NCBI GenBank assembly: GCA_046757665.1
Contig: JBHHYO010000003.1
Coordinates: 1 to 64,000, forward strand
DNA: 64,000 nt
DNA from: Nitrospinales bacterium
GTDB lineage: Bacteria; Nitrospinota; Nitrospinia; Nitrospinales; JAJDAT01
Direction: 5' to 3'
The translations under genes were made by a program, and so were the position numbers. This document shows, one piece after another, positions 39,648 through 50,424 of the stretch (position 1 is the stretch's first letter; every line of letters begins with the position of its first letter). Under the pieces are notes generated by a model. It did not search any database and had not been told where the DNA came from. It was given only the letters and a program-made list of their open reading frames with translations.

Positions 39648-39674
39648 TTAAGTTCCTGTGCGAGATTCCGATAA
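39648..39674 (+). promoter_or_regulatory. sigma28 (FliA)-like promoter upstream of flgM
   Basis: TTAA-N15-TCCGATAA versus consensus TAAA-N15-GCCGATAA. Confidence 0.65.
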
Positions 39675-39847
39675 GAAGCTGTGGAAAGGCTCTTCGTTAC
39701 ACGCCGGAGCGCTAAAAAAAGTTGCACACAAGCGGCAATTGTTTTAAAATTCAATAAAATCAGTCGGTTATGACCGGATGATTTTGAAACCATCGCAAGA
39801 AGGGCCAGCGACGCTATTTCACCATAAAGAAAGGTCTAGTGGGCGGC

Positions 39848-40177
39848 ATGGAAATTCCAGGCAACGAACTTAGCAGAAAAGTCGGTCAGCAAAAAGTCGT
39901 GGGAAAGCCATCGGTCAAAAAAGACGGCGGCGCGCCGGCGGCGGCAGACTCCAAGCCCGTCTCGGGACAACCTGTTGCCGAGCAGGTCAGCGTGTCTTCC
40001 AAGGCCAGGGACATTCAACGGGCGCACGAGGTCATAAAATCTTCCCCCGACATCCGCACTGAAAAGGTTAACCGGATCAAGCAAGCCATCGCCGACGGCA
40101 CGTTCAAAGTGGACAGTGAGAAGCTGGCGGGCAAGATTTTAGAGGATATTATCACGCAGAGCGCCTTCCTCAAGTAA
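39848..40177 (+). CDS. flgM: Anti-sigma28 factor FlgM
   Basis: EQVSVSSKA, PDIRTEKVNRIKQAIADGTFKVDSEKLAGKIL. Confidence 0.92.
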   Translation: MEIPGNELSRKVGQQKVVGKPSVKKDGGAPAAADSKPVSGQPVAEQVSVSSKARDIQRAHEVIKSSPDIRTEKVNRIKQAIADGTFKVDSEKLAGKILEDIITQSAFLK

Positions 40178-40323
40178 CTCCCGCGGACGCCGGAAACGGA
40201 CGCCAGTCCCTGCGCGTGCGATTTTTTTCCAGCGGGCATTTCCTCCGTATTTCCGTATTTTTCAGATGACAAACGAAAGGCGCGCCGCCTGCTTTTCGGC
40301 AAGGCAACGGTGGCGGGGCAGTC

Positions 40324-40569
40324 TTACGGCTTGTTGGAAAGGGAAATGACTTCCGGGGGGGCGTCTGAAGGCAAATTGCGGATGAATTGCTTGAGTTTGC
40401 TGACCAGCAGATTGACATCCATGCCGTGCATCAGGGCGCCGTTTTCGAGGGTATCGAAGTTCACCGCAAAACATCCTGAACAACTCATGTTCAGGTCATT
40501 AAAGAATTTCAGGGTTTCGGGGTATTTGTGAAGGATGTCGTTGATTGTCGTGTCGCTTCGGATAACCAT
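40324..40569 (-). CDS. DUF1858 domain protein
   Basis: TINDILHKYPET...CSGC...TLENGALMHGMD. Confidence 0.82.
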   Translation of the reverse strand: MVIRSDTTINDILHKYPETLKFFNDLNMSCSGCFAVNFDTLENGALMHGMDVNLLVSKLKQFIRNLPSDAPPEVISLSNKP

Positions 40570-40578
40570 GATTCAAAT

Positions 40579-40607
40579 TTGACTTATAAAATTATTACCG
40601 TTATATT
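40579..40607 (+). promoter_or_regulatory. sigma70 promoter of rpmB
   Basis: TTGACT, 17 bp, TATATT. Confidence 0.65.
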
Positions 40608-40653
40608 AGCATCCATTCTCGATCAACACAACGCTTAAGTACAGGAGCAATTG

Positions 40654-40845
40654 ATGTCCAGGAAATGTGACATTTGTGGAAAGGGCCCGATGTTCGGCCA
40701 CAACGTAAGCCATGCCAACAACAAGACCAACCGGCGGTTCAACCCGAACCTGAAGAAGTTGCGCGTGGTGCTCAAGGGTTCGATCAAGACCAAGAAAGTG
40801 TGCACCCGTTGCCTGAAGGCGGGCAAAGTCAAAAAAGCCGTATAA
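40654..40845 (+). CDS. rpmB: 50S ribosomal protein L28 (Zn-binding type)
   Basis: CDICGK...[17 protein letters not shown]...VCTRCLK. Confidence 0.97.
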   Translation: MSRKCDICGKGPMFGHNVSHANNKTNRRFNPNLKKLRVVLKGSIKTKKVCTRCLKAGKVKKAV

Positions 40846-40847
40846 TC

Positions 40848-43121
40848 TCAGCCGGCCGCCAATTTCCCGCCGCCCGCGGGATTCAAATCCGCAGACAGTT
40901 TTTTTGGGTTCATCTTGGGGGAGACCTTTTTGCGGAATTTTTTCACCCGCTCGACGTGGATCACCCCTTGCGTTTTGGCGACTTCCTGCAGAGTCCGGTT
41001 AAGATGTTCCAGGTCGCAAACCTCGATGGAAAAATCGAAATAGGCTCTTTTGTAAGCGCCCTGTGTAATGGCGGCGCGGGTGATGTTGATATCGCTATTG
41101 GCCAGCACACCGCTGATTTCTGCCAGCAGACCGGGTTTGTCTTCTGAAACGATGGAGATACGCATGGGGTAGCAGGTTTTCCGGGCGGAATCCCATTCCA
41201 CCTCTATCAGTCTTTCCGACTCCCCGGCAAGCTTGCCTATGCTGAGGCAATCGACGGTATGGACTGAAATCCCGCGGCCCCGGGTGATGTAACCCAAGAT
41301 CTTGTCTCCCGGCACCGGCGAGCAACATTTCCCCATTCGCAACAGCAGGTCGTCGTTGTTGAAGTTTTTGACCTTGATCCCGATATCGCGGCGCTGTTGA
41401 GACGCCGTTCTCACTGCGGGTTTCAGATGCGGGGCGTCGCCTGCCTTCTGGCTTGCCAGCTTCTCCTTGGGGATAAGTTTTTCGGCAAAATGCCGGGCGG
41501 AGATTTTTCCGAACCCGATGGCCGCCAGCAAGCTGTCGAACGAGTTGAATCCACACGCTTGGATAGCGGCTTCCAAAGGTTTTCCCTTGAGCAGGGAAGC
41601 GGGATTGAGGTCGCACCTGGAAATTTCTTTTTCCAGCAATGTCTTGCCCAGCTCCAGGTTGCGTGCCTTTTCACGGCTGTTTAAAAAACTCAGGATTTTA
41701 CTGCGCGCCCTGGAAGTTTTGACCAGGGCCAGCCAATCGCGGCTGGGCGTTTTTTGCTTGGAGGTGAGAATTTCGACGCGGTCGCCATTGCGGAGCTTGT
41801 ATCTCAAGGGAACGATTTTGCCGTTCACCTTGGCGCCGAGGCAATGGTGTCCGATATCCGTATGCACGAAATAAGCGAAGTCCACCGGGGAGGCTCCGTC
41901 GGGCAGGGCGACCACCTCTCCCATGGGAGTGAAAACGTACACTTCATGGGGATATAAATTTACCTTGAAGGCGTCGAGGAATTCTTTCGGGTTTTTGAGT
42001 TCTTCATGGCCTTCCAGCAAGCGGCGCACCCAGACCAGTTGCTGTTCCATTTTTTTTGGCTGGCCACCGCCGCCTTCCTTGTATTGCCAATGGGCGGCGA
42101 TGCCTTCCTCGCAAACCTTGTGCATTTCTTCAGTGCGGATTTGCACCTCCACCCGTTGCCCGTCCGGCCCCATGACCGTCGTGTGAAGCGAGCGGTACAT
42201 ATTGGGTTTGGGCATGGCGACGTAATCCTTGAATTTGCCGGGGATCGGTTTCCACAGAGAATGGATCAGGCCTAATATGGCGTAACAGTTTTTTACCGTA
42301 TCCGTCAGCACACGCACACCGACCAGGTCGTACACGTCGTTGAAGTCAATGCCCTGGTCCTGCATTTTTTTGTAAATGCTGTAAAAATGCTTCGGCCTGC
42401 CCACAACGGTTCCATGGATGTTGGCCGCTTTCAGTTCCTTGGAGACAAGGTCGCAAATGCCTTGCACGTATTTTTCGCGGGCTCCCTTGGCCTGGGCGAT
42501 TTTTTGCCGAATCATCCGGTCTTCTTCGGGATAAATATACCGGAACGCATCGTTTTCCAGTTCGGCTTTCAACCAGCCGATACCCAGTCGATTGGCCAGG
42601 GGCGCGTAAATTTCCAGGGTTTCCTTGGCGATTCTTTGTTGCGCTTCCCGGGACATGGAATCGAGTGTTTTCATATTGTGAGCACGGTCCGCCAGCTTGA
42701 TCAAAACAACGCGGATGTCGCGGGCCATGGCAAGGATCATTTTGCGAAAATTTTCCGACTGTTTTTCCTCGCGGGTGGCGACTTCCATTCGTCCGGAAAA
42801 TTCCATTTTGCTGATTTTGGTGACACCGTCCACCAGTTGAAACACCTCTTCGCCGAATAGTTCCTTGATTTCTTCCGGCGTTGCCGTCGTATCTTCCACG
42901 GTATCGTGCAAGAGGCCGACGGCTACCGTGATTTCGTCCAGTTTTAATTTGGTAAGATTGAAGGCGACCGCCAAGGGGTGGGAAAGATAGGCGGCTCCGG
43001 ATTGCCGGCTCTGCCCTCTGTGGGCCTTCGCGGAAAACACATAGGCTTCCAGGATGATATCCAGGTCCGCCTCTGGATGGTAACTGAGAACCGCGTTGGT
43101 GATGTCATCCAGTTTCAACAT
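40848..43121 (-). CDS. spoT: Bifunctional (p)ppGpp synthetase/hydrolase (Rel/SpoT)
   Basis: Intact HD motif LLHDTVED, KFKDY, YRSLHT, EVQIRT, TGS and ACT domains. Confidence 0.95.
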   Translation of the reverse strand: MLKLDDITNAVLSYHPEADLDIILEAYVFSAKAHRGQSRQSGAAYLSHPLAVAFNLTKLKLDEITVAVGLLHDTVEDTTATPEEIKELFGEEVFQLVDGVTKISKMEFSGRMEVATREEKQSENFRKMILAMARDIRVVLIKLADRAHNMKTLDSMSREAQQRIAKETLEIYAPLANRLGIGWLKAELENDAFRYIYPEEDRMIRQKIAQAKGAREKYVQGICDLVSKELKAANIHGTVVGRPKHFYSIYKKMQDQGIDFNDVYDLVGVRVLTDTVKNCYAILGLIHSLWKPIPGKFKDYVAMPKPNMYRSLHTTVMGPDGQRVEVQIRTEEMHKVCEEGIAAHWQYKEGGGGQPKKMEQQLVWVRRLLEGHEELKNPKEFLDAFKVNLYPHEVYVFTPMGEVVALPDGASPVDFAYFVHTDIGHHCLGAKVNGKIVPLRYKLRNGDRVEILTSKQKTPSRDWLALVKTSRARSKILSFLNSREKARNLELGKTLLEKEISRCDLNPASLLKGKPLEAAIQACGFNSFDSLLAAIGFGKISARHFAEKLIPKEKLASQKAGDAPHLKPAVRTASQQRRDIGIKVKNFNNDDLLLRMGKCCSPVPGDKILGYITRGRGISVHTVDCLSIGKLAGESERLIEVEWDSARKTCYPMRISIVSEDKPGLLAEISGVLANSDINITRAAITQGAYKRAYFDFSIEVCDLEHLNRTLQEVAKTQGVIHVERVKKFRKKVSPKMNPKKLSADLNPAGGGKLAAG

Positions 43122-43384
43122 ATGTTATGCCCATTGTGGCGAAATTTTCCGTATCGGTTTTCCGGTCTGCAAAAAAACCTGCAGGCACGCCGAATGGCCG
43201 GAATAAACGCATTTTTTTCAATGAGTTCCCCATAAACATAAATACTCCGGAACTTTGTAGTTGTCAACTTTCTTTTTTTCCGGTAAATGTTTGACGGCAA
43301 ACGCCTCTGCCGCCGAACGAGCTTTTTCCGACCCGCGGGTTTGCAACCGGTCGGCGGCACAACTGGAGAAATAATTCAATAAAC

Positions 43385-45514
43385 ATGAAAGTGCGCTCAA
43401 AACATATCAGCCCGCGTTCCCTGGACGACCCGATCCGATTCATCAAGGGCGTCGGGCCCAAAAGGGCCACTTTACTTCAAAAACGCAATCTTTTTACGGT
43501 CCGCGACTGCCTGTATTTTCTCCCTTACCGCTACGAGGACCGAAGCCACATGCAAAAAATTTCCCAACTGGTTGCCGGAGAGCAGGCGACCTTCACGGGA
43601 ACCGTCGTCAATGCAGGTTCCTTTTCCGCCGGGAGTAGAAGAAAAATTTTTGAGATGATCATTCAAGACGATTCGGGCGTTATCCGCGCCAAGTGGTTTC
43701 GCTTTAACGAACCCTACCTGCGTGAAAAATTCAAACCCCGATCGACGGTCATTGTTTCCGGCAAACCCGGCATCAACCGCTATGGCGGTTCCGGCCTGGA
43801 AATCATCCATCCCAATATCGAAATCTTTTCCTCCGGCGACGATCCGAGCCTGGAAATGGGCAGGATCGTTCCGGTTTATCACAGCACGGAAGGTTTGCAC
43901 GCGAAAAGCCTGCGGACTATTTTTAAATATGTGATCGATCATTATTGCGATCTGATCGAAGAGATTCTTCCCGACGACATTCTTCGACGCAACCGGATGA
44001 TGCCGCGGCAAAAGGCTGTTGCAGAGGCTCATCTGCCGCCCAACGGCACGTCCTTGACCCGTCTGCAAAATTTCACTTCGCCCGCCCAGCAACGCATTAT
44101 CTTCGACGAACTGTTCCTGATCCAGTTGGGTCTGGCCTTCAAAAGGAAACACCGGACCAAACAGACACGCGGGCACAGCTTCAAAACCCGCGGCCCGACC
44201 ATCAAAAAATTTGTCAAACGGTTGCGGTTCGAGCTGACCCGGGCGCAGAAAAAGGTTCTCAACCAGATCATGAACGATCTGGAGAAGGACACACCCATGA
44301 ACCGGCTTCTGCAGGGAGACGTGGGTAGCGGCAAGACCATCGTTGCCCTGATCACCCTGCTGACCGGCGTGGACAACGGTTATCAAGGCGCCTTGATGGC
44401 CCCGACGGAGCTTTTGGCCGAACAGCACTTCTTGAATTTGCAAGCCGATTGCCAGGCCCTGGGCGTCGGCATCGAGTTGATAACTTCCGGCATCAAGGGA
44501 AAAACTCAAATTCTAAACGATATTCACGCCGGGAAAACCGCGATTATCGTGGGCACCCATGCGCTGATTCAGAAACAGGTCCGGTTCCACAATCTGGGCG
44601 TGGCAGTCATCGACGAACAGCACCGGTTCGGCGTATTGCAACGCGAGGCGCTGGCCAGGAAAGGGTTGCACCCGCATACGCTCGTCATGACCGCCACCCC
44701 CATTCCCCGGTCGCTGGCCCTCACGCTGTACGGAGACCTGGATGTTTCCATCATCGACGAATTGCCGCCGGGCCGGATGCCCATTGATACGAAACTCAGT
44801 TTCGGAAACAAACGCCACGAGGTTTACGAATCCGTTCGCCGGGGAATTTACGAAGGCCGGCAAGCCTACGTCGTCTGTCCCTTGATCGAGGAAACCGAAA
44901 CCCTCGATCTGCAAACGGCGGTGGAGGTGCGGGAAGATTTAGCCTCCCTGTTTCCCGGCTTGACGGTCGGCCTGATCCACGGCAAGATCAAACCCGACGA
45001 GCGTAGCCGTATCATGTCCCGGTTCAAGGCCGGCGACATACATATTCTGGTTTCCACCACCGTCATCGAAGTCGGCATCGACGTTCCCAACGCCACGGTA
45101 ATGATTATTGAACACGCCGAGCGTTTCGGCTTGTCCCAGCTTCATCAGCTTCGTGGCCGGGTGGGCCGGGGCGGCCATTCGTCCCAATGCCTGCTGATCG
45201 CCTATTATCCGCTGACCGACGAAGCCAAGGCTCGCCTTCAAGCAATGCTGAAGACCGGCGACGGCTTTCGGATAGCGGAGGAGGATATGAATATCCGGGG
45301 GCCTGGCGATTTCATGGGCACCCGCCAGTCGGGCCTGCCTGAGTTGCAGGTTGCCGACCTCGTCCGCGATATTCGCATCCTGGAAGTAGCCCGCAAGGAG
45401 GCTTTTGCTCTTATAGAACGCGACCCCAACTTGCAAGACCACGGCAACCACAAGCTCAAGGACGATTTCCGCCGGTTCATGGGCAACCGGCTGGACCTGA
45501 TGGACATCATTTGA
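43385..45514 (+). CDS. recG: ATP-dependent DNA helicase RecG
   Basis: QGDVGSGKT, IDEQHRFG, MTATPIPR, QLRGRVGRG, TRG motif. Confidence 0.97.
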   Translation: MKVRSKHISPRSLDDPIRFIKGVGPKRATLLQKRNLFTVRDCLYFLPYRYEDRSHMQKISQLVAGEQATFTGTVVNAGSFSAGSRRKIFEMIIQDDSGVIRAKWFRFNEPYLREKFKPRSTVIVSGKPGINRYGGSGLEIIHPNIEIFSSGDDPSLEMGRIVPVYHSTEGLHAKSLRTIFKYVIDHYCDLIEEILPDDILRRNRMMPRQKAVAEAHLPPNGTSLTRLQNFTSPAQQRIIFDELFLIQLGLAFKRKHRTKQTRGHSFKTRGPTIKKFVKRLRFELTRAQKKVLNQIMNDLEKDTPMNRLLQGDVGSGKTIVALITLLTGVDNGYQGALMAPTELLAEQHFLNLQADCQALGVGIELITSGIKGKTQILNDIHAGKTAIIVGTHALIQKQVRFHNLGVAVIDEQHRFGVLQREALARKGLHPHTLVMTATPIPRSLALTLYGDLDVSIIDELPPGRMPIDTKLSFGNKRHEVYESVRRGIYEGRQAYVVCPLIEETETLDLQTAVEVREDLASLFPGLTVGLIHGKIKPDERSRIMSRFKAGDIHILVSTTVIEVGIDVPNATVMIIEHAERFGLSQLHQLRGRVGRGGHSSQCLLIAYYPLTDEAKARLQAMLKTGDGFRIAEEDMNIRGPGDFMGTRQSGLPELQVADLVRDIRILEVARKEAFALIERDPNLQDHGNHKLKDDFRRFMGNRLDLMDII

Positions 45515-45584
45515 GCGCGAAAAAAAATTCCTGCTACGGATTTATGAGATAATCGGGTAGAAGAAAAACGGGAGCTGTTTCATC

Positions 45585-46367
45585 ATGAAAATCATCGTCT
45601 GCGTCAAACAGGTTTTAGATACCGCCGCGAAAATCCGCATTGCGGACGGCGTGGTGGAGGCTGAAGAAATCCCGCGCATCCTCAACCCCTACGACGAGTA
45701 TGCCGTCGAGGAGGCCGTCCGCATCAAGGAAAAAATGCCGGACACCGAGGTTACGTTGCTCACGGTCGGGCCGGAAGGTTTCCGCAAGGTTTTGCAGACC
45801 GGCCTGGCGATGGGCGCCGACCGCGCGGCGCACCTGCTGGACAAGGCTTTTGAGGGGTTGGACCATTATGGCGCCGCCCGCGTTTTGGCCGATGCCGTTC
45901 GCTCCATGCCTTTCGACCTGATCCTGTGCGGACGTCAGGCGGTGGATGACGACATGGCGCAGGTGGGGCCTGCATTGGCGGTACTGCTTGGCATTCCCTT
46001 CGTATCCGTCGTCACCGACTTGTCCCTGACAGCGGACGGAAAACGGGCCGTCGTCACCCGGCAGATTGAGGGCGGGTCGGAAACCCTGGACGCACCCTTG
46101 CCGCTCCTCTTGACCTGCCAAAAAGGCCTGAACGAACCTCGGCTTCCTTCTCTCAAAGGAATCATGGCCGCCAAGAAAAAAGAAATCCAGGCGCTGGATG
46201 CTCAGGCCATTGGGTTCGACCCCGCCACCCTGGGGCCAGGCAAGGCGAGGCAGGTCGATTTGTCCTTGCCCCCGCAAAGGAAAAAGGGCATTATCTTGGA
46301 AGGCCCCGCGGAGGAATCCGCCGCCAAGCTGGTAAAAATTCTGCGCGAGGACGTCAAAGTCGTTTGA
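45585..46367 (+). CDS. etfB: Electron transfer flavoprotein beta subunit
   Basis: IVCVKQV, NPYDEYAVEEA, AMGAD, CGRQAVD, NEPRLPSL. Confidence 0.93.
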   Translation: MKIIVCVKQVLDTAAKIRIADGVVEAEEIPRILNPYDEYAVEEAVRIKEKMPDTEVTLLTVGPEGFRKVLQTGLAMGADRAAHLLDKAFEGLDHYGAARVLADAVRSMPFDLILCGRQAVDDDMAQVGPALAVLLGIPFVSVVTDLSLTADGKRAVVTRQIEGGSETLDAPLPLLLTCQKGLNEPRLPSLKGIMAAKKKEIQALDAQAIGFDPATLGPGKARQVDLSLPPQRKKGIILEGPAEESAAKLVKILREDVKVV

Positions 46368-46407
46368 TGAACCGCAAAATCAGCCCTCGAACAAACGCCA
46401 TGGTCCC

Positions 46408-46572
46408 ATGATCACCCAATTAAAGGAAACCACCCGAAAATACAAAAGCGAGATCGGCCTCGCCGCGCTTGTCATTTATATTTTCTTGCTCGGCCTGGGC
46501 ACCGTCGGCGAGCTTTGGGACATCGAATGGATTCTCGACCTGCCCATTTTCCGTCCCCCCGGCAAGTATTGA
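46408..46572 (+). CDS. Uncalled 54-aa single-TM membrane protein
   Basis: MITQLKETTRKYKSEIGLAALVIYIFLLGLGTVGELWDIEWILDLPIFRPPGKY; basic N terminus plus TM; below the ORF-track cutoff. Confidence 0.6.
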   Translation: MITQLKETTRKYKSEIGLAALVIYIFLLGLGTVGELWDIEWILDLPIFRPPGKY

Positions 46573-46631
46573 CCCGACGGGCGGCCCCTGCCCTGTCCAC
46601 CGGTTTGTTTAGCGGAAGGATGCGATGAGCT

Positions 46632-47840
46632 TCATACGACTCGAAATTCCGGGACGGGAACGATGAATTTGCCGCCGGCCTCGCGCCATTGGGTTTCGCG
46701 GACATAGAATTCATCGAAAAACGCCCACGGCAGTACCAGAAAATAATCCGGGCGCTCCCGCCGGGCCTGTTCCTCGGAGATGATGGGAATCATCGTTCCC
46801 ACGGTGTACTTTCCCCATTTTTCCGGACTGCGTTCGGCGGCGGCCTTGATCCAGGAGTGGTCGAGCCCGTAATACTGCAAGATCGTGTTGCCCTTGGTGG
46901 AAGCGCCATAGACGTAAACCGTTTTTCCGCGCCCGACTTCCCGCTTGATGAAGTCCACGCACTTTTTTTTGTTTTCCTCGATGCGGCGGGAAAAGGCCTG
47001 GTAGTCGTCTTTCGTGTAGCGTTCGTCGAATGTGATTCCACCGCCCCGGTAATGCCGGCAGTAAATCCGGTAACTGCCGCCGTTGACATCGTTTTCTTCC
47101 AGCTTGAACATTTCCAGGCCATTGTGTTCAAAAAGGTAGCGCAGGGATTCGAGAGAATAAAACTCCAGATGCTCATGGCAAATGTTGCCGACGTCATTTT
47201 TTTCCAGCATGGGGCGCAGGCACATCAACTGCGCCACGAACACGCCGTCATCGGCAAGCACCCGGGTTACGTCGGCCACAAACTGGTTGGGATTCTCCAT
47301 GTCGTAGAACATGCCGATGGCGGTGACGACTTTCGCCTTGCCGAGCCCATGGGCGCGGGCCAGGCTGTCGTACGCTTCGTAACTCCAGAAATCGTGAATG
47401 ACGAAATCGGCGTTCTGCTTCAATTGGTCGATCAGGTTGTCGGCCGGTTCGCAACCCACCTTGCGGATGCCCTCCGCGGTAAAGGTTGTCAGCATGGTGC
47501 CGTCGTTGGCGCCGATGTCCAGCACCACGTCGCCCGGATTCAAGGGCGTCATCGCCTCGACGCTTGCCGTGATATCGCGCAGGGCGTTGCGCATGGTGTC
47601 CGTCACGCCGGACCGGTACCAGTAAAAACGCGAGTACATGAGTTCCATCGGCGCGGTGTGCCGCAATTGCAACAAGGAGCAGTTTTCGCATAAAATCATA
47701 TCCAGCGGCGCCTTGATGCCTTCATCCTTACTGCTCACAAAGGTAGAGACGTACAGGTTGCCCAGCGTGAAGATTTCCTCCAGGCTTTCCGATCCGCACA
47801 GCCGGCAGGTAGTGCGGGTTATTATTTTTTTTTGATTCAT
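46632..47840 (-). CDS. NDP-sugar C-methyltransferase-like SAM-dependent methyltransferase
   Basis: CRLC...CENC Zn site, LDIGANDG, HEHLEFYS, YGASTKGN, FIVPVP. Confidence 0.85.
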   Translation of the reverse strand: MNQKKIITRTTCRLCGSESLEEIFTLGNLYVSTFVSSKDEGIKAPLDMILCENCSLLQLRHTAPMELMYSRFYWYRSGVTDTMRNALRDITASVEAMTPLNPGDVVLDIGANDGTMLTTFTAEGIRKVGCEPADNLIDQLKQNADFVIHDFWSYEAYDSLARAHGLGKAKVVTAIGMFYDMENPNQFVADVTRVLADDGVFVAQLMCLRPMLEKNDVGNICHEHLEFYSLESLRYLFEHNGLEMFKLEENDVNGGSYRIYCRHYRGGGITFDERYTKDDYQAFSRRIEENKKKCVDFIKREVGRGKTVYVYGASTKGNTILQYYGLDHSWIKAAAERSPEKWGKYTVGTMIPIISEEQARRERPDYFLVLPWAFFDEFYVRETQWREAGGKFIVPVPEFRVV

Positions 47841-48080
47841 CGGATTCCTCTGGTGGAGCGGCCTTTTCCGCTTCCGCGGTCGATTGTGGTTGAAAGCCCG
47901 TTGCGGCTTTTGCCCGCCTATCTGATTTCCCGACACTTGGCGGGGCAAATGGATTAAACTACAAGGATTATCGTTACCCTTGGACGCTCGTCAAGGTTTT
48001 TTTCTCAGAAACCGAAAGCCGCTTGTTGCGTTCTCCAACAAAGCTTCGGTGAAAATCAATCCCCAAGGCTCGCTTGCCGG

Positions 48081-50405
48081 ATGAAAGGTCCTGTCGTTTC
48101 ACTTTCAATTAAAACCCGGGTTTTGTGCTTGTTTGTGCTGACCCTGCTACCAATGGCGGCGTATTTTAACTCCCTGCAGGGATCGTTTCAATACGACGAC
48201 GCTCAGATACTCGAACAACCCTGGACTTCCGATTTCGACCATTTCCGGAGAGACGTTGTTTTTCTGTTCGGCAAAGAGGGGCTGGACTTAAGCGCAATCG
48301 CCCATCGCCCCGTCCTTCTTTTGACCTTCGTCATCAACAACGTTCTCCATCCTCGCCAGGTTCTTGGCTTTCATTTGGTCAATCTTCTTCTCCATGTATT
48401 GGTGACGGTTTTGGTTTTCATGATTGTCGGGCTGTCAGGGGAGCTTCTTGATCGTGCCAGCGGCGCGGCGCGTGGCCAAGCAGAGGCGGCATCCCGATCC
48501 GGCGAGCAGGGAAATCCTTGCCGCTCGACGGCTATGCCGTTGACGACGGCGCTCCTTTTTGCCCTGCATCCACTGGCCACCGATTCGGTATCTTATATTT
48601 CTTCCCGATCGACGCTTCTGGCGACGTTTTTTTATCTTGCGGGCTTGTATGCGTTTCTTCGCGTATTTTCTCTTCCAAAGGGCCGGGGCCGCTGGATTCT
48701 CCAAACCACTTTGGCGGTGGCCGTTGCCGTCTTGTACTATCTCGCCGTTGCTTCGAAACTGACGGCGGTGACGTTTCCCGTTCTGCTGGGCGTCTGGTTT
48801 GTCTTGATCGTCAGTCCCGGATGTTTTCCCCGCCTCCATGCCCGTTTGCTCAGCCCGGGGATGCTGATCGTTTATGCCATAGTACTGCTGGTTGCTTTAG
48901 GCGTGGCTCTCGGCTTCAAGCCGCGGGACAAGGGACTGGACATGTACGGACAGTGGGGCTACTTTTCGACGCAACTTAAAGTAATCTTGTTTTATTACCT
49001 GAAGCTGTTTTTTCTCCCCTTCAACCAAAACGTGGACATTGGATTTCCTTTTGCCGCCGGAACGGACCTCAAAACTCTTCTGGCCATAATGGTTCTGTCC
49101 GGCATGGTGGTTGGGGTACTGCTGAAAGGCGGCCCGTTACTCAAGGCGGGGACAGCCTGGTTTTTTCTGACCCTTGCCCCCACGTCCAGTTTTATTCCGC
49201 TGAATGACCTTGCGGTGGAACACCGGATGTACCTGCCCATGTCGCTGGGGCCATGCCTGATTGCGGGGCTTTGGGCTTCTAAAATGGCCCGGCCGCGCCG
49301 ATTGTGCGTCTGGATGCTCCTTTTCCTGACGGCGGGAGTTTTGACCACCGCCCGAAACCGGGTCTGGCTCAGCGAAATATCCCTGTGGCAGGACGCAATG
49401 GCCAAGTCGCCCTATTCTCCGCGACCCTACAATAATCTAGGGAAAGCCTACTACGAAAAAAATGAGAAGGAGCGCTCCATGGCGTTTTTCCTCAAGAGTA
49501 CCCGCTTGTCTTCAAACTTCGCCGAGCCTCACTACAACCTGGCTAACGTCTACATGGATTTGAACCGTTTTGCGGATGCCGAGCGGGAATACCAAACCGC
49601 TATCCGCTTGGACCCGGAATATTACGCCGCCTACCTGGGTTTGGGATCGATCTATAACCAAACCGGACGATACGAAGAAGCTGTTAAAAATTACCACCTG
49701 GCCAACGACGCCTGGAAACTTTACCGACCGGGCAACTATGCTTTGGCAAAACTAAACCTGGGCGAAACTTACGGTAAACTTGGCCGTCTCGAAGAGTCCA
49801 TAAAAGAATCGCGGCAGGCCCTGGACGTTTTCCCAAAAATGCACAAAGCATATTTCAACCTGGGAACGGCATACATGAAGCGGGGCGACCTCGAAAACGC
49901 CGAGCGATCTTTCCTCGCCTGTCTGGATATTAACAGCGATTTTGAGCAAGCCCAGTTCAACCTGGCTCATCTTTTTCAGTTGAAAAAAGACTGGGGAAAA
50001 TCAATCCAATGGTTCGAAAAATTTTTACAAACCCAGGGGCCCGATGCCAAGGCGTATTTTGGAATTGCCTGGAGTTATCAACAAATGAAGCAGTGGGCTC
50101 AAGCCCGAATGTTCTATGAAAAAGCCCTCACCGCCAGGCCGGATTATCTGAGCGCCCAAATCAATTTGGCTAACGTGTATATTCAACTGCAACAGTTCGA
50201 CCAGGCCCTGGCTCATTTTGCCAAGGCCCTGGAGCAACAACCGGGACAGTTCCGGATTCACGTTCAGATGGGACTTCTGTACTGGAAAACCAGGCAGGAT
50301 AAAATCAACGCCAGGGCTCATTTCAAAAAAGCCCTTGAACTAGCTCCCGGAGCCCCAGAACAAAAACAGGTGGCCCAACTGATCCGGGCTTTATCGCAAT
50401 CGTGA
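48081..50405 (+). CDS. TMTC-like GT-C membrane glycosyltransferase with C-terminal TPRs, paralog 1
   Basis: FQYDD, RP, HLVNLLLH, HPLATDSVSYISSRS, EHRMYLP, many TPRs. Confidence 0.85.
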   Translation: MKGPVVSLSIKTRVLCLFVLTLLPMAAYFNSLQGSFQYDDAQILEQPWTSDFDHFRRDVVFLFGKEGLDLSAIAHRPVLLLTFVINNVLHPRQVLGFHLVNLLLHVLVTVLVFMIVGLSGELLDRASGAARGQAEAASRSGEQGNPCRSTAMPLTTALLFALHPLATDSVSYISSRSTLLATFFYLAGLYAFLRVFSLPKGRGRWILQTTLAVAVAVLYYLAVASKLTAVTFPVLLGVWFVLIVSPGCFPRLHARLLSPGMLIVYAIVLLVALGVALGFKPRDKGLDMYGQWGYFSTQLKVILFYYLKLFFLPFNQNVDIGFPFAAGTDLKTLLAIMVLSGMVVGVLLKGGPLLKAGTAWFFLTLAPTSSFIPLNDLAVEHRMYLPMSLGPCLIAGLWASKMARPRRLCVWMLLFLTAGVLTTARNRVWLSEISLWQDAMAKSPYSPRPYNNLGKAYYEKNEKERSMAFFLKSTRLSSNFAEPHYNLANVYMDLNRFADAEREYQTAIRLDPEYYAAYLGLGSIYNQTGRYEEAVKNYHLANDAWKLYRPGNYALAKLNLGETYGKLGRLEESIKESRQALDVFPKMHKAYFNLGTAYMKRGDLENAERSFLACLDINSDFEQAQFNLAHLFQLKKDWGKSIQWFEKFLQTQGPDAKAYFGIAWSYQQMKQWAQARMFYEKALTARPDYLSAQINLANVYIQLQQFDQALAHFAKALEQQPGQFRIHVQMGLLYWKTRQDKINARAHFKKALELAPGAPEQKQVAQLIRALSQS

Positions 50406-50424
50406 ACAAATCGCACCCAACGCC

